From Octopus sinensis (lineage: Eukaryota), in the NCBI RefSeq assembly GCF_006345805.1, contig NC_042999.1, forward strand, positions 138,508,001 to 138,572,000: 64,000 nt of DNA, in the 5' to 3' direction. The notes beneath the pieces are model-generated. The model was given only the letters and a program-made list of their open reading frames with translations, was not told the origin of the DNA and made no database searches. This document shows positions 1 through 12,977 of the stretch, piece after piece (the first letter of the stretch is position 1; every line of letters starts with the position of its first letter). The position numbers and the translations under genes are program-made.

Positions 1-310
1 AAATTTTGGCACAAGGCGAGGAATTTTGGGGAAGGATGCTAGACGATTACATCGCCCCCACTGTTCAACTGGCACTTAATTTATCGACCCCCAAAAGGAT
101 GAAAGGCAAAGTCGACTTCGGCGGAATTTGAACCCATAACGTGCAAAAGTAGGAAAATATTCTTTTCTACTCTAGGCACAAGGCCCAAAATGTTTGGGGA
201 GGAGGTCAGTCGATTAGATCGACCCCAGTACGCAACTGGTACTTCATTTATCGACCCCTGAAAGGATGAAAGGCAAAGTCGACCTCGGAGGAATTTGAAC
301 CCAGAACATG
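1..310 (-). mobile_element. Two adjacent 5'-truncated Nin/Deu-domain SINE copies
   Basis: Reverse complement of the motif gtcgactttgcctttcatcctttcggggtcgataaattaagtaccag occurs twice. The same family recurs throughout the window. Confidence 0.85.
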
Positions 311-549
311 CAAGGTAGGAAAATATTGGTATCAGTTGGTGGTAAGTGGAGCCTACAGGAAAAGCGACTTCTTGATACGCAATGATAAAAATAAGGACTT
401 GGTTAAAATGTAATTTCCTAAACGTTCTTCGCGACCGTTTGTCAAATCTTTTAAAGTCAGTTTTATTATTTGTTTAATCTTATGAAATTTAATTTTATAA
501 AATATCAAAGAAAAATTGATATATCGTTTTTTTTCTATTTTTTATCTTT

Positions 550-958
550 TTATTTGTTTCAGTCATGCTGGGGCACCGCCTTGAAGGGTTTTAGTCGAAC
601 AAATCAACCCCAGGACTTTTTTAAAACTTAGTACTTATTCTATAGGCGCTTTTTTGCCGAACCGCTAGGTTACGGGGACTAAACACGCCGACATTGGTTA
701 TCAAGCGGTGCTGGGAGACAAACACAGACACAAAGATATATATATATTATATATATATATATATACATACATACACACACATGCATGCACACACACACAA
801 ACATACGACGGGCTTCTTTCAGTTTCCGTCTACCAAATCCTCTCACAAATCTTTGGTCGGTCCGATGCTATAGTAGAAGACATTTGCACATGGTGTCGCA
901 CAGTGGGCCTGAACCCGGGACCATGTAGTTGGGAAGCAAGCTTAGCATACAGTCACGC
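550..958 (-). mobile_element. Composite tRNA-headed SINE (head, CORE-like part, internal microsatellite, Nin-like part, ggcggtgccccagcatg tail)
   Basis: Homologous to copies at 18430-18590 plus 19700-19905, 31255-31640, 31670-32118, 35310-36030 and 59960-60255. Confidence 0.8.
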
Positions 959-1185
959 TAAATTTTATAGTGGGGTTTTTCTGAGACATGGACTGTATTT
1001 TAAGTTTTCACCAAAGCTAGAAAACGATTGTTTCTGCTTTCCTAGCGCCATAAAAAGTTGGTTATGCAGAAGTTCTTTGTTTCATATCCACTGATGGAAC
1101 TCAAGATTTGAATTTTCTTTTTATTCATCTGGAATGTCCAGATTCAATAAAATCAAGATGGCATTCTGATTTTTTCCCTAGGGGG

Positions 1186-1500
1186 AATTTCAACCGTGTT
1201 TCGTGGTCTGCTACCACAACAGCTCCTTTATAGGATCCAGTTAGCCCAAGACATCATCAGGAGGAACCACGCCCGCTTTCGGCCCCTACTCCTCTACCAT
1301 TTTGACATGCATGTCTTCTTTCTTCCGTTCCCTGACCTCTTCGATGTAGCGTCAACGAGTGTCCGCAGGCGACTGACTGTCTTGTCAAATTTTTTCCTTT
1401 AAATACCTGCTGCTAGGCTCCAGCAGGCAGCCCCAGCAAGTTGTCACGTGACACTATCTCAACTTTAACTGACCAATGAAGACGCGTAGTCTCAGCTCAC
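1186..1500 (-). mobile_element. Probable PLE pLTR-like segment with a hammerhead-like motif and promoter motifs
   Basis: Minus strand reads CTGATGA, long hairpin, GAAAC-ACG-GTT (1186-1266). Upstream on that strand: TATTTAAA (~1400), GTCACGTGAC (1443-1452) and a CCAAT motif (~1473). Confidence 0.4.
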
Positions 1501-2940
1501 GCATTCTCTAAACGATACCGTCATCTGTCAATCTGTCAATTTTCAAGAAAGCATTTTGTTGTTGAATGGGGAAAAATTTCCCGCCAGTTGAAATATTTTA
1601 TAATACATAATAGTCTGTTAAAACTTCTATGTGTAAGTTATTTATCGCTCTTCATGAATGCTTAGATTTCTCACTATTGTTGCTTCTCCTTATCCGTTCA
1701 TTGACATACATCTGCTTTTAAGGTGATTACTAATAGTTATTGTTTCATGTTTTAACTACACTTTCTATTTCTTTTTATTATTTTCTCTTTTAGTTGTATC
1801 TACAATTACGAGTGTGTGTACATTTGTGAATACGTGTATATTCAGTTGGTTAGTTTTGATGTTGTTAATACATTTTTCAAGTTATTTTGTTGCGCTAATT
1901 ATCTCACAGTCCGATTTGTCTTTCTGTAAACGCCTGTCTCTGTGTTTCCTATGCATTTGTTCAGCTAACAATTTCTGTGCGTTTATTTGCATGTGTGCAA
2001 TATATATGTTTGTACGTTGGTGTACGTTTCTCTGTGTATTTATGCATATTTCCCTTTTCAGACACCAGCAACAGCTGTTAACAATATTCTCTGTTGAATA
2101 AAAGTCACAGATCTAATCAGAACAAAACCTGACAAACATGGACAACAGATACTCAATTTAGTACACTTTTATTATCTTCTATTTGTTTTAGAAAATTTTA
2201 AAAAAATCTGGCTTCCATTCAATTCAATTCCTTTGTGGTTTGAATAAGCGCAAAATTTTTTTAAAAACAATTGCAGTATTAGAGTAAATGTGCAAAATAT
2301 TAGACGCAATCAACAGTAACACTACAACTACCACCAAGACTATCAGTTGCGAGTTTTGTTTCTGATTCTATAAATAGCTAGAAATAAACTGCATGGTAAA
2401 CAGACGAGACATCGTGATTTGAAGCAACCGCATATAAACACATATAGATGAACTTATGTGTGTGTATGCGGTTTCCAATTTTGTCACAGGGTCAGCAAGT
2501 TTGTGAAAGGGAGTACTCATCTGGTACTTACCTATTTTATGGATCCCGAAAGAATTAAAGCAAAGCTAACTTCGGTGGAATTTGAACTCAGAACGTAAAG
2601 ATAGACAAAATGCCGCTAAGAATGTTTTTCTTTCCTTTTCCTTCTTTCTTTTGTTTATATTGTATGCTCTTGTTTGTCACTCTGATGAAGATCCGTTGAC
2701 TTAATTCGAATGCCCTATGAAGATGAAGAACTTTATTTACACATTTATTTATAGACATTTGTTTATAGGCAACCCTAGCAGTAACGACCGTAAGATATGT
2801 TAAGCCATCTATTTTGTTGTCATGCTTTGTATTAAAAAATGAGCTATTAATGTGGTCCAATCGATGTGTTGGTTAATCTGTGTTTTTTTTCATTTTCTTA
2901 TTATTTGCATTTAAATCTATCTACCTACGTACCTACGTAC

Positions 2941-3000
<60 letters not shown>

Positions 3001-3008
3001 ATATATAT

Positions 3009-3063
<55 letters not shown>

Positions 3064-3335
3064 AAACTAATACACCAGCTTATTGTTTATACACCTGTCT
3101 TCTGTAAGTTTCAACTATATATGTATATATATATATATATATATATTTCGTTTTGAGATTTAGTTTGCAAGATTCTTTTTGTGAGTTCGTGTGTTGAAGC
3201 ATATTCTGTTGTGTCTGGGGAGAATCATTTTCTTTTTGTGCCTTATGATTTAATACACTCACCGGTAAAATTTCCATTTATTTCTTATTTTTATTTTCCT
3301 AAAATGTTCGTTGCGTCATACAACCTTTTCAGTAT
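3064..3335. mobile_element. PLE pLTR fragments around a (TA)n tract
   Basis: 3064-3115 is the reverse complement of the pLTR end at 6763/32731/33280. At 3304-3333 the minus strand reads CTGAAAAG-GTTG..CAAC-GAAC (degenerate hammerhead-like). Confidence 0.5.
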
Positions 3336-4141
3336 GGGAATAAAATGCGTTTATTATGCATAACAGAATTTATGAAACCACTACAGTCTAGAAATGAATT
3401 ATTAAACACATATGATGAACGAGGAGTTAAATGTAGGCACCGAAGTAATTTTACATTTAGTAAAATAAAGTACTGAAACCCCAAACCTTGAATCGAATAA
3501 CCACATAATTTTATTTCTAAAACACTTGAATAGACTATGTAAATAATAATAAAAAATAATGCAATAATATAAATAAATATATGAATTAAATATTACTAAA
3601 ATTATATAATAACAAATTATATATATCCCCCAATATAGGTAATTTTGAAAATAATAATAGAGGATAATTTAAAATTAAAACTATGTATAGTGTAATTACC
3701 CCACTTGGTACTAATCACCTATAAATACGCATAGTTTCCTGCTATCTTCTTCCCCTAATCCCCATTTTAGTGCCAGCAAAAAGGAAGATGTGGATTTGAA
3801 TTTTTCTTGTTATATATCACATTTAAACACAATTTTATTCTGATGTATAATCTTATATCTCACATTCTGTATTTGACATATACTTGATTTTTACATGATT
3901 GATATATATATACTAATCCATATTTATAATGTATAATTTATAAATTTTAATTATTAATATTACAAAGTATAATTTTTATTTTTAATTTCTAATTTTTAAT
4001 TTTTAATCTTTAATGCTTAATTGTATTGCTTATTTTTTTAAAGAGATGTAAAATTAGATATATAATATTTTGAAAAGGAACCTAAAAATGTGTTGAAATA
4101 ATTGTAAATCTGACGATTGCTTATATGTATTCATATGTATG

Positions 4142-4205
<64 letters not shown>

Positions 4206-4999
4206 GTGTGTGGTGTGTGTGTGTATGTGTGTGTGTGTGTGTGTATATAGTTGTGTATATGTATATATATATTGTAATTTTCCAATACTGAAACACATGT
4301 AGTTCCTTCATATTTAATAAAGTAGGTGATAATTGATGAAGTATAATATATACCCAGCTGGTAATTTTGGTTATATCCTTTAAGTATTATTTCGTGATGT
4401 GCAAACTGATACCATGAGTTTACTTTCAGGTATACTCATTAGGGTATTTTTGTATTATCTGAAATAGAAAATCCGCATATCGATTAATCCTCCAAAATTG
4501 AATCAATATTGACTTTTATCAGATACTTTGTATATTTATAGATAAATATATAGTGTTAATGATCCACTTCTGAGAAAACTGTCCTGAAACGACAAATGAA
4601 TGGAATAGAGCGTGTTTCACTTGCTTGCAACGGTTTGGAGTAGACGGAAACATCGTGACCACCTTGCAAATCTTAAGAGGCACCAACATGAACCTGTTTC
4701 AAATGATTTTTATTTGTGGTGATTGTAGGTTCGTCACGTGCTGAAAAATAGGGCTCACTTCCCACAGAAGAAAGCATAAACCGACTCAAGGTCACCAGTC
4801 AGGACTATAAAACGTCTCTTACATACTAAGCGATGTTCAGCTCAAGATACCTTATTGCAAAACCCTCATCTGTCGTTTACATGTCGTTTACGACAGGTGA
4901 ATCCGCCATACATACATACATACATACATACATACATACATACATACATACATACATACATACATACATACATACATACACACATACATACATACATAG

Positions 5000-5205
5000 G
5001 AGCACACCGTTGGTTACGACGACGAGGGTCCCAGCTGATACGATCAACGGAACAGCGTGCAAGTGACTGAGCAATCCACAGACACGTGTACACCTAACGT
5101 AGTTCTCAGGGAGATTCAGCGTGATACAGAGTGTGACAAGGCTGGCCCTTTGAAATACAGATACTACTCATTTTTGCCAGTTGAGTGGACTCATTTTTGC
5201 CAGCG
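5000..5205 (-). mobile_element. Truncated CORE-like SINE (same family as 27081-27406)
   Basis: ggttacgacgacgagggtcccagctgatacgatcaacggaacag matches 27096-27139. Confidence 0.85.
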
Positions 5206-6202
5206 TGTGTATGTATGTCATTAAAGTTTTTTTCTAGCAGTGACATTTGAGATACTATTTCTATTGTAGAAGGTTACATAGTATCTCTAGTTGGATAGTC
5301 TTATGGTCATACTAAGACTACTTTTTTCAATGTGTCCTTCAAGTCTGAAGGCTAAAGGATGTGATATGAAGCCAATTTGGTTACTGTTTATAAACATATC
5401 TATCATCTGTATAGAGGCTTCTTTTGTGACGGCCATACCTTTCTCAAAGACTAATGAAGTTAAAAATCATCTGCGAGGAATTCAAAGTTGTATGTGGAGT
5501 ATTTGGATGAGTTGCTTAATCTCCCTGCTTTAATACACTCTTCAAGTAACCGTTTTTAGCGATATCAATCGGAAATTCAATTTGGCTCTAAACTGGAATT
5601 ATAGAGTTTATATATTGTTTCACATTTGTAGGGACTGAGATGTTTATAATTTAGTAAAGTATTTCTTTCCATCGAGCAAGGTTAAGATTTTCCCAGGTTT
5701 CAAAACCATAAGCTACGTGTGTGATCTTATACCTATACTTTGAAATTATTTCGGAAAATTTCTGTCTAGTACATCTCTCAAAGATATCCAGAAAATTAGT
5801 AGTTGGTCGAGATTTCAATCTCCTTATGTCATTTTTCAACGGTATAAACCAGCAGATGAAAAAAATGAAAATACAAACAAAAAATAGAAAATAAAAGAAA
5901 CACAAGAGAAAAAATATATTCACTAGCCCAGAAAGGAGAGTAGGAAAGGAAGACTGTTATTTCTCATTGTTTTTTTTTTTTTGTTTTTTTTTCTCTTTTT
6001 TACGGTCATCTCGAGAAAAAATAACAAACAAACAAATAAGCAGAAAAAAACGACATATTAAGGACTGAATAACCAAATTAATAGACTATATGGGAAGTGA
6101 CACTCTACTCTGAGAGGCAGAGATCAGAGAAAGTGGAGACCGGAAGTATTGGCTCCCAGATTCACTTCCTGCAAAGATTTTACGAATAACTAAATGAATG
6201 AA

Positions 6203-6253
<51 letters not shown>

Positions 6254-6762
6254 ATACATGACCTGTATTAATAACGCGTTCCTCGAATATTCTCATTCAC
6301 TTTTACGTGTTCTATCTTTAGATTTAATAATAATTTTGTTTTGCTTCTTCGTTACTTTTTCCATATTTTAATATTCATTATATTTATTTGAGTAATAGAT
6401 TACATAGTCTTTTTGTAGTTAGACGTGTTGTTTGTCGTTTGTTTTAGTGATAGATATGTGTGTGTATGTATATATATATATATAATATATATCGAGAGAG
6501 AGAGAGAGAGAGGCAGAGAGAGAGAGGCAATTATGCGGATAATCAAATAAGACACATCAAATATATTAAACATATTAAATACAACAAATGTAAAAATATT
6601 TAATATGTAAACATGTATATATGCAAAACGAGAGAAAACAAAAGGTAGAAACGATTACCTGTAAAGACATCGGAGTCTAAGTTTGTCTCTTTTGTGTACT
6701 ACTTAATGTCTTCTATATGGAGAATTACTGGATCTCATCTGTGACCTATATATATATATATA

Positions 6763-7143
6763 TAGTTGGAATTTACAAAAAAAAAGCAAAGGATGAAGAC
6801 AGGTGTGTAAACAAGAAACAGGTGTATTTGTTTAACACTCGGGAAGGTGACAAAGTCTTTTACGTTTCGAGCCTACGCTCTTCAACAGAAAGGAACACGA
6901 GACAACAAACAGAGAGAGAATAAAAAAAGCTTTAGTGGTTAGCGGTCATCATGGCGATGGCTGGACAGAGGTGGTCAGACAGGAGAGCTAGGAAGAAGGG
7001 GAGATAATAAAGTAATGGCAACCCCAAAACGAAGGAGCGCGTGCGTGTGCATATGAGAGCGTGTATGTGCATGTGGATTGTGGTTGGTGACCTTGACGTG
7101 TAGGGGTGTGCATGTGTAGGTGTGTGGATGATGGTGTGGGTGC
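6763..7143 (-). mobile_element. PLE pLTR with minimal hammerhead motif, flanked by (TA)n
   Basis: Homologous to 32731-32920 and 33280-33700, the latter attached to a GIY-YIG remnant. Hammerhead-like motif at 6856-6893. Confidence 0.75.
6856..6893 (-). ncRNA. Minimal type I hammerhead-ribozyme-like motif with a variant core
   Basis: CUUU-CUGUUGA-A-GAGC(GUAG)GCUC-GAA-ACGU-A-AAAG. Stem I is CUUU/AAAG, stem II is perfect, and stem III is the palindrome ACGU typical of dimeric PLE hammerheads. The core has U at position 6. Confidence 0.6.
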
Positions 7144-7869
7144 TATATATAATTTTTTTTTTATTTCATTTAATTTAATTCTAATTTCCTTTCTCGTTTT
7201 ATAGTTTTACTTTTAATATTTACTTTTAATAATATATTTTATAATATTGAACTTGTTTCATATATATTGATCTAAGCTTCTACATTTCCGTGTACATTGT
7301 TCGAGGACGTTGTTTATGAGGTATATTGTTTCACTTGTCTATATTAGGCTTGTTTCTAGTGTGTTATGATTGTGATGTGATGTAGATTGAGATACAAACT
7401 CTCTAGTAGTCTATGTTCATTCTATTGTCTGAATGTCCGTTTTGGAATAAGTTTTTGATTTTATATGTACTATTTTGTAACTATGAGTTAATATTATTTG
7501 TTTAGCTTGAAGTTGTTACCAGTAGTAGTAACCTGATGGATCCCCACGCAATGTTTACATTTTTAACGCTGTTGACACCTCCAGTACTGTGTCGATTGAA
7601 TGACACTATCCATGTGTCGAAACCATAGTGATATCCATTTGGCAGCTGCTGATGGGAATACACATTTGTTATACTGGTATGTGAGTTTCTTATATATTAG
7701 TCTTGTTATTCTGGGTTGTCCTTCATTCTTGTAAAGTTGGAAAGTAGTTGTGGATTCATAGTTTGTGAAGATCACTTATTGGTTGGTTTTTCTTCATAGG
7801 TAATCTAATTAGGTTTAGATAACGCTCAGATATTGGTGTCTAATTTTGAGAGGTTTTGTGGTACACATA

Positions 7870-7940
<71 letters not shown>

Positions 7941-9286
7941 GTGCGTGTGCGTGTATGTGTATCGAAGGATGGATAGGTAAATAGATAGAGAGATGGATGG
8001 ATGGTTTGATAAATTATTTTCGTTCTTTTATAATCCCAGGTCAGCTTTGATAGTGAAAACTTTAATAAAGTCGTTCAAGCCGTCACGATTACATCATATA
8101 TATATCAGCAACCGCATCGTTATTTGAAGGTTATTTAAGAGAGATGTCACTATTTCTAGCAGAATGAGTAGCTTTATAGGGGTTCTTTTATCAGCTAGTT
8201 TGGTAATGGCTAGTGAGTAACATAGATAGAAGGAGCGGATTGACACTAAGACACCAAATACATAGCTAGGAGAAACGAGTGCGAAATAAGGACAGAAGAA
8301 ATGCCGATCGCAAAAGTTTTTTTCTTTTTTTTTTTTTTCAAAAACATAAGCGTAAGAAATTGACGTTGAGAAGAAAAAAATGGATGCTGAAAGCGAGTGA
8401 AATAGAGAAAAACACTCAGAAAGACAACTGTAGAGCAAAATAAGAAAATAACAATATAAAAAATTGCGAGACAGACAGACAGACAGGCAGACAGACAAGC
8501 AGGCAAGCAGGAAGACAAAGGTGGAGGGAGAGAGAATGGTGGGAAGAGTAGTCGATGATTCAATGATACTGAGTCCACTTATAGTCAACTAAACGCAGGC
8601 GTGGTTGAAACAATTCTCACAAAACCAATTTTATAGTAGGAATTGGACATAGTATTTTAAACAAAAAGACGAGTAAATCTCAATAGCATAAACACATGAA
8701 CGTTTCACGTTCCCGCTTTTCCTCACTATAAATCTTGGACGACACGTGTCTACTGTCTACGTTATTCCAGCATCAATTGAAAGCCGGTACATACGCGTGC
8801 ATACACAAATCTACTCGCACCACGATCCACCTCACTCTCTTTCTCCCACTTGTTCTTTCTCTCTCTTTCTCATCTCGATATCAAACTACAGAGAACTAGC
8901 TAACTGCATATATCTTCCTTCTCTGTCTTCACGCCAACGCTATTGACTAGATGGCACATTAAACATCTCGTTAGATACTTAATGCCTATTATGCAGTATC
9001 CCCCAAAATCGGAATATGTAATATATTTGAGCCTCAATTCTAGTTTATAATATACTAGTTCTCTGTAGACTATCAATAAGTTACAACAGGTATATCTCGC
9101 AAAGAAAGTAGTGAAAAGCTTCGATAACAGCAAAAGTTACTTCGTTGCAATATTTCACTGTTGTTAACTTTATTTTGTCACTCAAAACTATCGGTTGTGT
9201 GCAGACCTGCGCATGTGGGAAACGAGTCGAACTGGTTTATATGTTGAGAATATGTATGCATGTATGCATGTAAGTATGTATGCATT

Positions 9287-9318
<32 letters not shown>

Positions 9319-9340
9319 CATACATACATACATACATACA

Positions 9341-9371
<31 letters not shown>

Positions 9372-9580
9372 GTGTTTATGCGTATGGCTGTGTGGTAAGA
9401 CGTGTGCGTGTGCGTGTGCGTGTGTGTGTGTGCGCGTGTGTCTAGGTGTAAATGATTCAATGTGTATTATGGTTGTATTAGTATGGTCAAATATACTTTT
9501 AACAGTGTGGGTGGGCTTGATAGCTTTTGAATGTTTGTCTCGACATGTGAATATTTGATGTGCTTGTGATGCATATACAC

Positions 9581-9625
<45 letters not shown>

Positions 9626-10589
9626 GATATGATATGATATGTTTGAGTACATGTGTATATGTACTTCTGTTTGTATGTGTGGGTTTAAGAGTGTGTCCTT
9701 GAATGATTTCGACTGAAGAAATATAAAAAGAAACGAAATTTAAGAGAGAAGAAAAAGAAAGAAAATCAACGAAGCTAGAATAAGGAAGTTCTGGAGTTGA
9801 CTAACGCCCTACTTGTTCTATATAGCTTTGAGTATTAGGTCCTTGGCTTTCTACTGCTGTCTGTTCCCACGGTCTGCTGACCAAACAGGACATTTCGACT
9901 CAGCAACACTTTAACGAGTAAAAAATGAACAACGACGACGACGACGGCGGCGGTGGTAACGACATCGACGGTGACAATAGAGACGGCGGAAATGCTGAAG
10001 AAGTGTGTTGATGGTCAGAAAATTTTATGTTGGCACCTTCCACTCTTTCCCTCTCTCTTTCTCTCCCTCTTCCTCCTCACCCTCTCTCTCTCTCTCTCTC
10101 TCTCTCTCAACTCGAAATAATTACCAAAAATTAATATATAAGTGAGCACACATGTATATAGATGAATAATCTAAGAACTTTGTGGCAACTTGGTGCACTA
10201 CACTCATTCAAGGAAAAACTGGTCTCACTCTTTTATTCTTTTACTGAATTTTGTTATTATAGCGCGGCTATGCTAGGGCACCGTCTTCGAAAGATTTAGT
10301 TGAATATATATCGTAGTCGGTTATCGTTTAGCATTTAATTTATCAACCTGGGAAAGAGGGAAGGCAAAGTTAAGTCGGGAGGGATTTGATTACAAAATGC
10401 AATAGGATGTATCGTAATGCCACCATTATATTCTGTCCAAAACTTTGCCGAGTCTTCTAATTAATATCCTTTGTCAGTCTCTGAGTGTAGAGAAACGTAA
10501 ATGGTCTAGTGTATTAGGTGGAGGGCTATGAACTCACAAGCTCGTGTCTTCAAATCAGTTTCTAGCGTTTCTGTCTTTTTTTTTTCTTC

Positions 10590-12545
10590 TTTATTTTAAC
10601 AGAAGCAGAAAATTAACTTTATAATGTGTCTTAGGTCACGTGACTGACAGGATTAAGTTCTATATCTTCGGGATTTAATTACTTGGGATAAACTCTCATT
10701 TGCAAACCATACTTTGTAGTCGGAGCTAAAAGGATGTGTCACAAGTACCAAATGGTATTTGAAACCAGCTCCACAAGGAAAAGGACAAACTTATTGTCTG
10801 GAGATAAGAGGATAGTCGTACGTATGTCTCTTCTATTTTTTAATTATTATAAATCTCCCACTGGGGAGGGAGCCGTTTTCCAACAAAGATACAAGGCTCC
10901 ATCTTTGGGATGTAGTTAACACAGACAAATTCACATTTGGAACTTGCGTATTTTTACCGTTCCACTCACAGATTGCATTTGTAATGTACGAATCAGCCGG
11001 TCGCTTTCTCTTTCTGAAAATCCCAGTTTATCCAGATTCTCCTTTAAGCATTTACTAATAAAACCTGGTGCTTCAATTATTATTGGTATAAATATGAATT
11101 CGTATTCTGGATACAGAAGCTGGAGGTTTTGAAACAATTGTCCATAGATATCCTCTTTTTCTTTGATTTTCAAAGAGATATTTATATCTGCAAGGCAACT
11201 GACCTCTATGATGGTACATACATTTGCCCCTCTGTCCCGAACAACAATATCCGACCTGTTATGTTTACATTTGACAGAAGTTTTGATGGGAATATTCCAC
11301 CAATATTCCTTGAATTGTTGTTTATGAATGTATTCCTTTACAGAGGGATTTTCTAAGTTTATTTCAGGACAGTCTTTTTTGCGGAGGGCATTGTAAATTG
11401 TTTTAGCAACAACATCGTGCCACATAGGGAAGTAGTATCGTGACGAAATTTTAGGACAGCTGCTAATCACATGCGTAATGTCTTCCACAGAAACATGACA
11501 TAGCCTACACATGCGGTTGCACCTTGGGATTACAAGACCGTCAGTTTGTCTTGTTCACCAGGTACTTTGTGGCAATCTCCTGTTCCTGGATTGCAAGCTC
11601 ATAGCCTCCAAAGTGTGTTGTCATGTAGTGGTCTTGTGTCCAAGAGAGGCTGCGCATCGTGTTTATTCTACTGTCTTCTTCAAGCCTCCGGGCAATATAC
11701 CCATGTATGGTCTTTTTTTTTTTTTGTATGCTGAGTGCTTTCCATCCAGGTCTTCTCTGAGGTAAGAGAGCCCAGCTATTTTGTAGCTGTATAGGAGATC
11801 ATCAGGAAGAGAGTGTTCACTGCCAACTCATATAATGTTGCTCACTTCACTTTTGAGCACTGCATTAATATATTTATTTTTGCTGTTGTTGTTTAGCAGG
11901 TGCTGCCTGAGTGATACCATACGGCATTCGAAGGCCGTCTGCACTGATCTCAGGTCTCTACCATCTTCATTTCTTCTTAGTTAGAGCCGGTCAACATCAC
12001 TGTTTCTGTGGAAGTTCCCAATTGTTGTCAGGATTTTGCAGGTTTTGATATCTATGGAGTGGATTTCCCCTACAGACCAAGCAAGTATCCCAAATGTTAG
12101 GATCAGCACTGGTGCTACAAATGCATTGTGGGATATTGCTTTGTTGTAAGAGGAGAGTTCCGACTGCCATATTTTCCTTCGTCTGGTGTAATATTTTCGG
12201 GTCACTCTATCTTTATTCACTGTGCCTTCATATGATACATTTTTGTCTATGCCTAAGTACTTGTAACATTCTTTGTGTGGAATGGGTGAGATAGAGAGAC
12301 CGTCGATGCACAGGTTTGGGGTTTGGGCGCTTGACTTTCCTCGTTCTACAACCAAATATGAACATTTCTTTTGGTCAAATTCCATGCCTATATTAGCTGA
12401 AAATGTTATTTATTTCAATTGTTTATTTGTTTTTTTTTTTTGGCATTGTTAACACTCTTAGCATAAATCTTCAGGTCGTCTACAAAGAAATTATGAGTTA
12501 CTTTCATACTTCTAGCAGTTGAAGATCCTAGCATGTAGCCATTTG
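10590..12545 (-). mobile_element. 5'-truncated, frameshifted Dong/R4-type non-LTR retrotransposon (RT C-terminus, CCHC knuckle, restriction-like endonuclease)
   Basis: Fragments KVTHNFFVDDLKIYA, MEFDQKKC...YKYLGID, CRLCHVSVEDITHVISSC...HDVVAKTIY and RSDIVVRD...TIIEVSC...KEKEDIY...IPIIIEAPG. Multiple stops and frameshifts. Confidence 0.9.
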
Positions 12546-12631
12546 TATGTTTGTTTGTATGTATGTATGTATGTATGTATGTATGTATGTATGTATGTAT
12601 GTATGTATGTATGTATGTATGTATGTGAAGT

Positions 12632-12668
<37 letters not shown>

Positions 12669-12774
12669 GTGAGTAAGTAGGGGTGTAAACGGGGGGAAAG
12701 TTAATAGTACATTCATGTTCTAGAAAACTAATTTTATGTAGGAATAAGTTTGTAACTTTCATACTTTAGGCAAT

Positions 12775-12911
12775 GTGTCTTGGGGAAATTTCGAACCTGG
12801 GTTCTCATTCCTAAGGTATTTTTCGATCTTATTTCCCCACGGGCATATGGCGCAGTGCTTAAGAGCGCGGGCTACTAACCCCAAGATTCCGAGTTCGATT
12901 CCAGGCAGTGA

Positions 12912-12977
<66 letters not shown>

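Noticed and set aside
10931-12385. 193-aa and 134-aa ORFs as an active retrotransposon or host nuclease
   Set aside because: Separated by stops and frameshifts, 5'-truncated within the RT, and the PD motif is mutated to SD.
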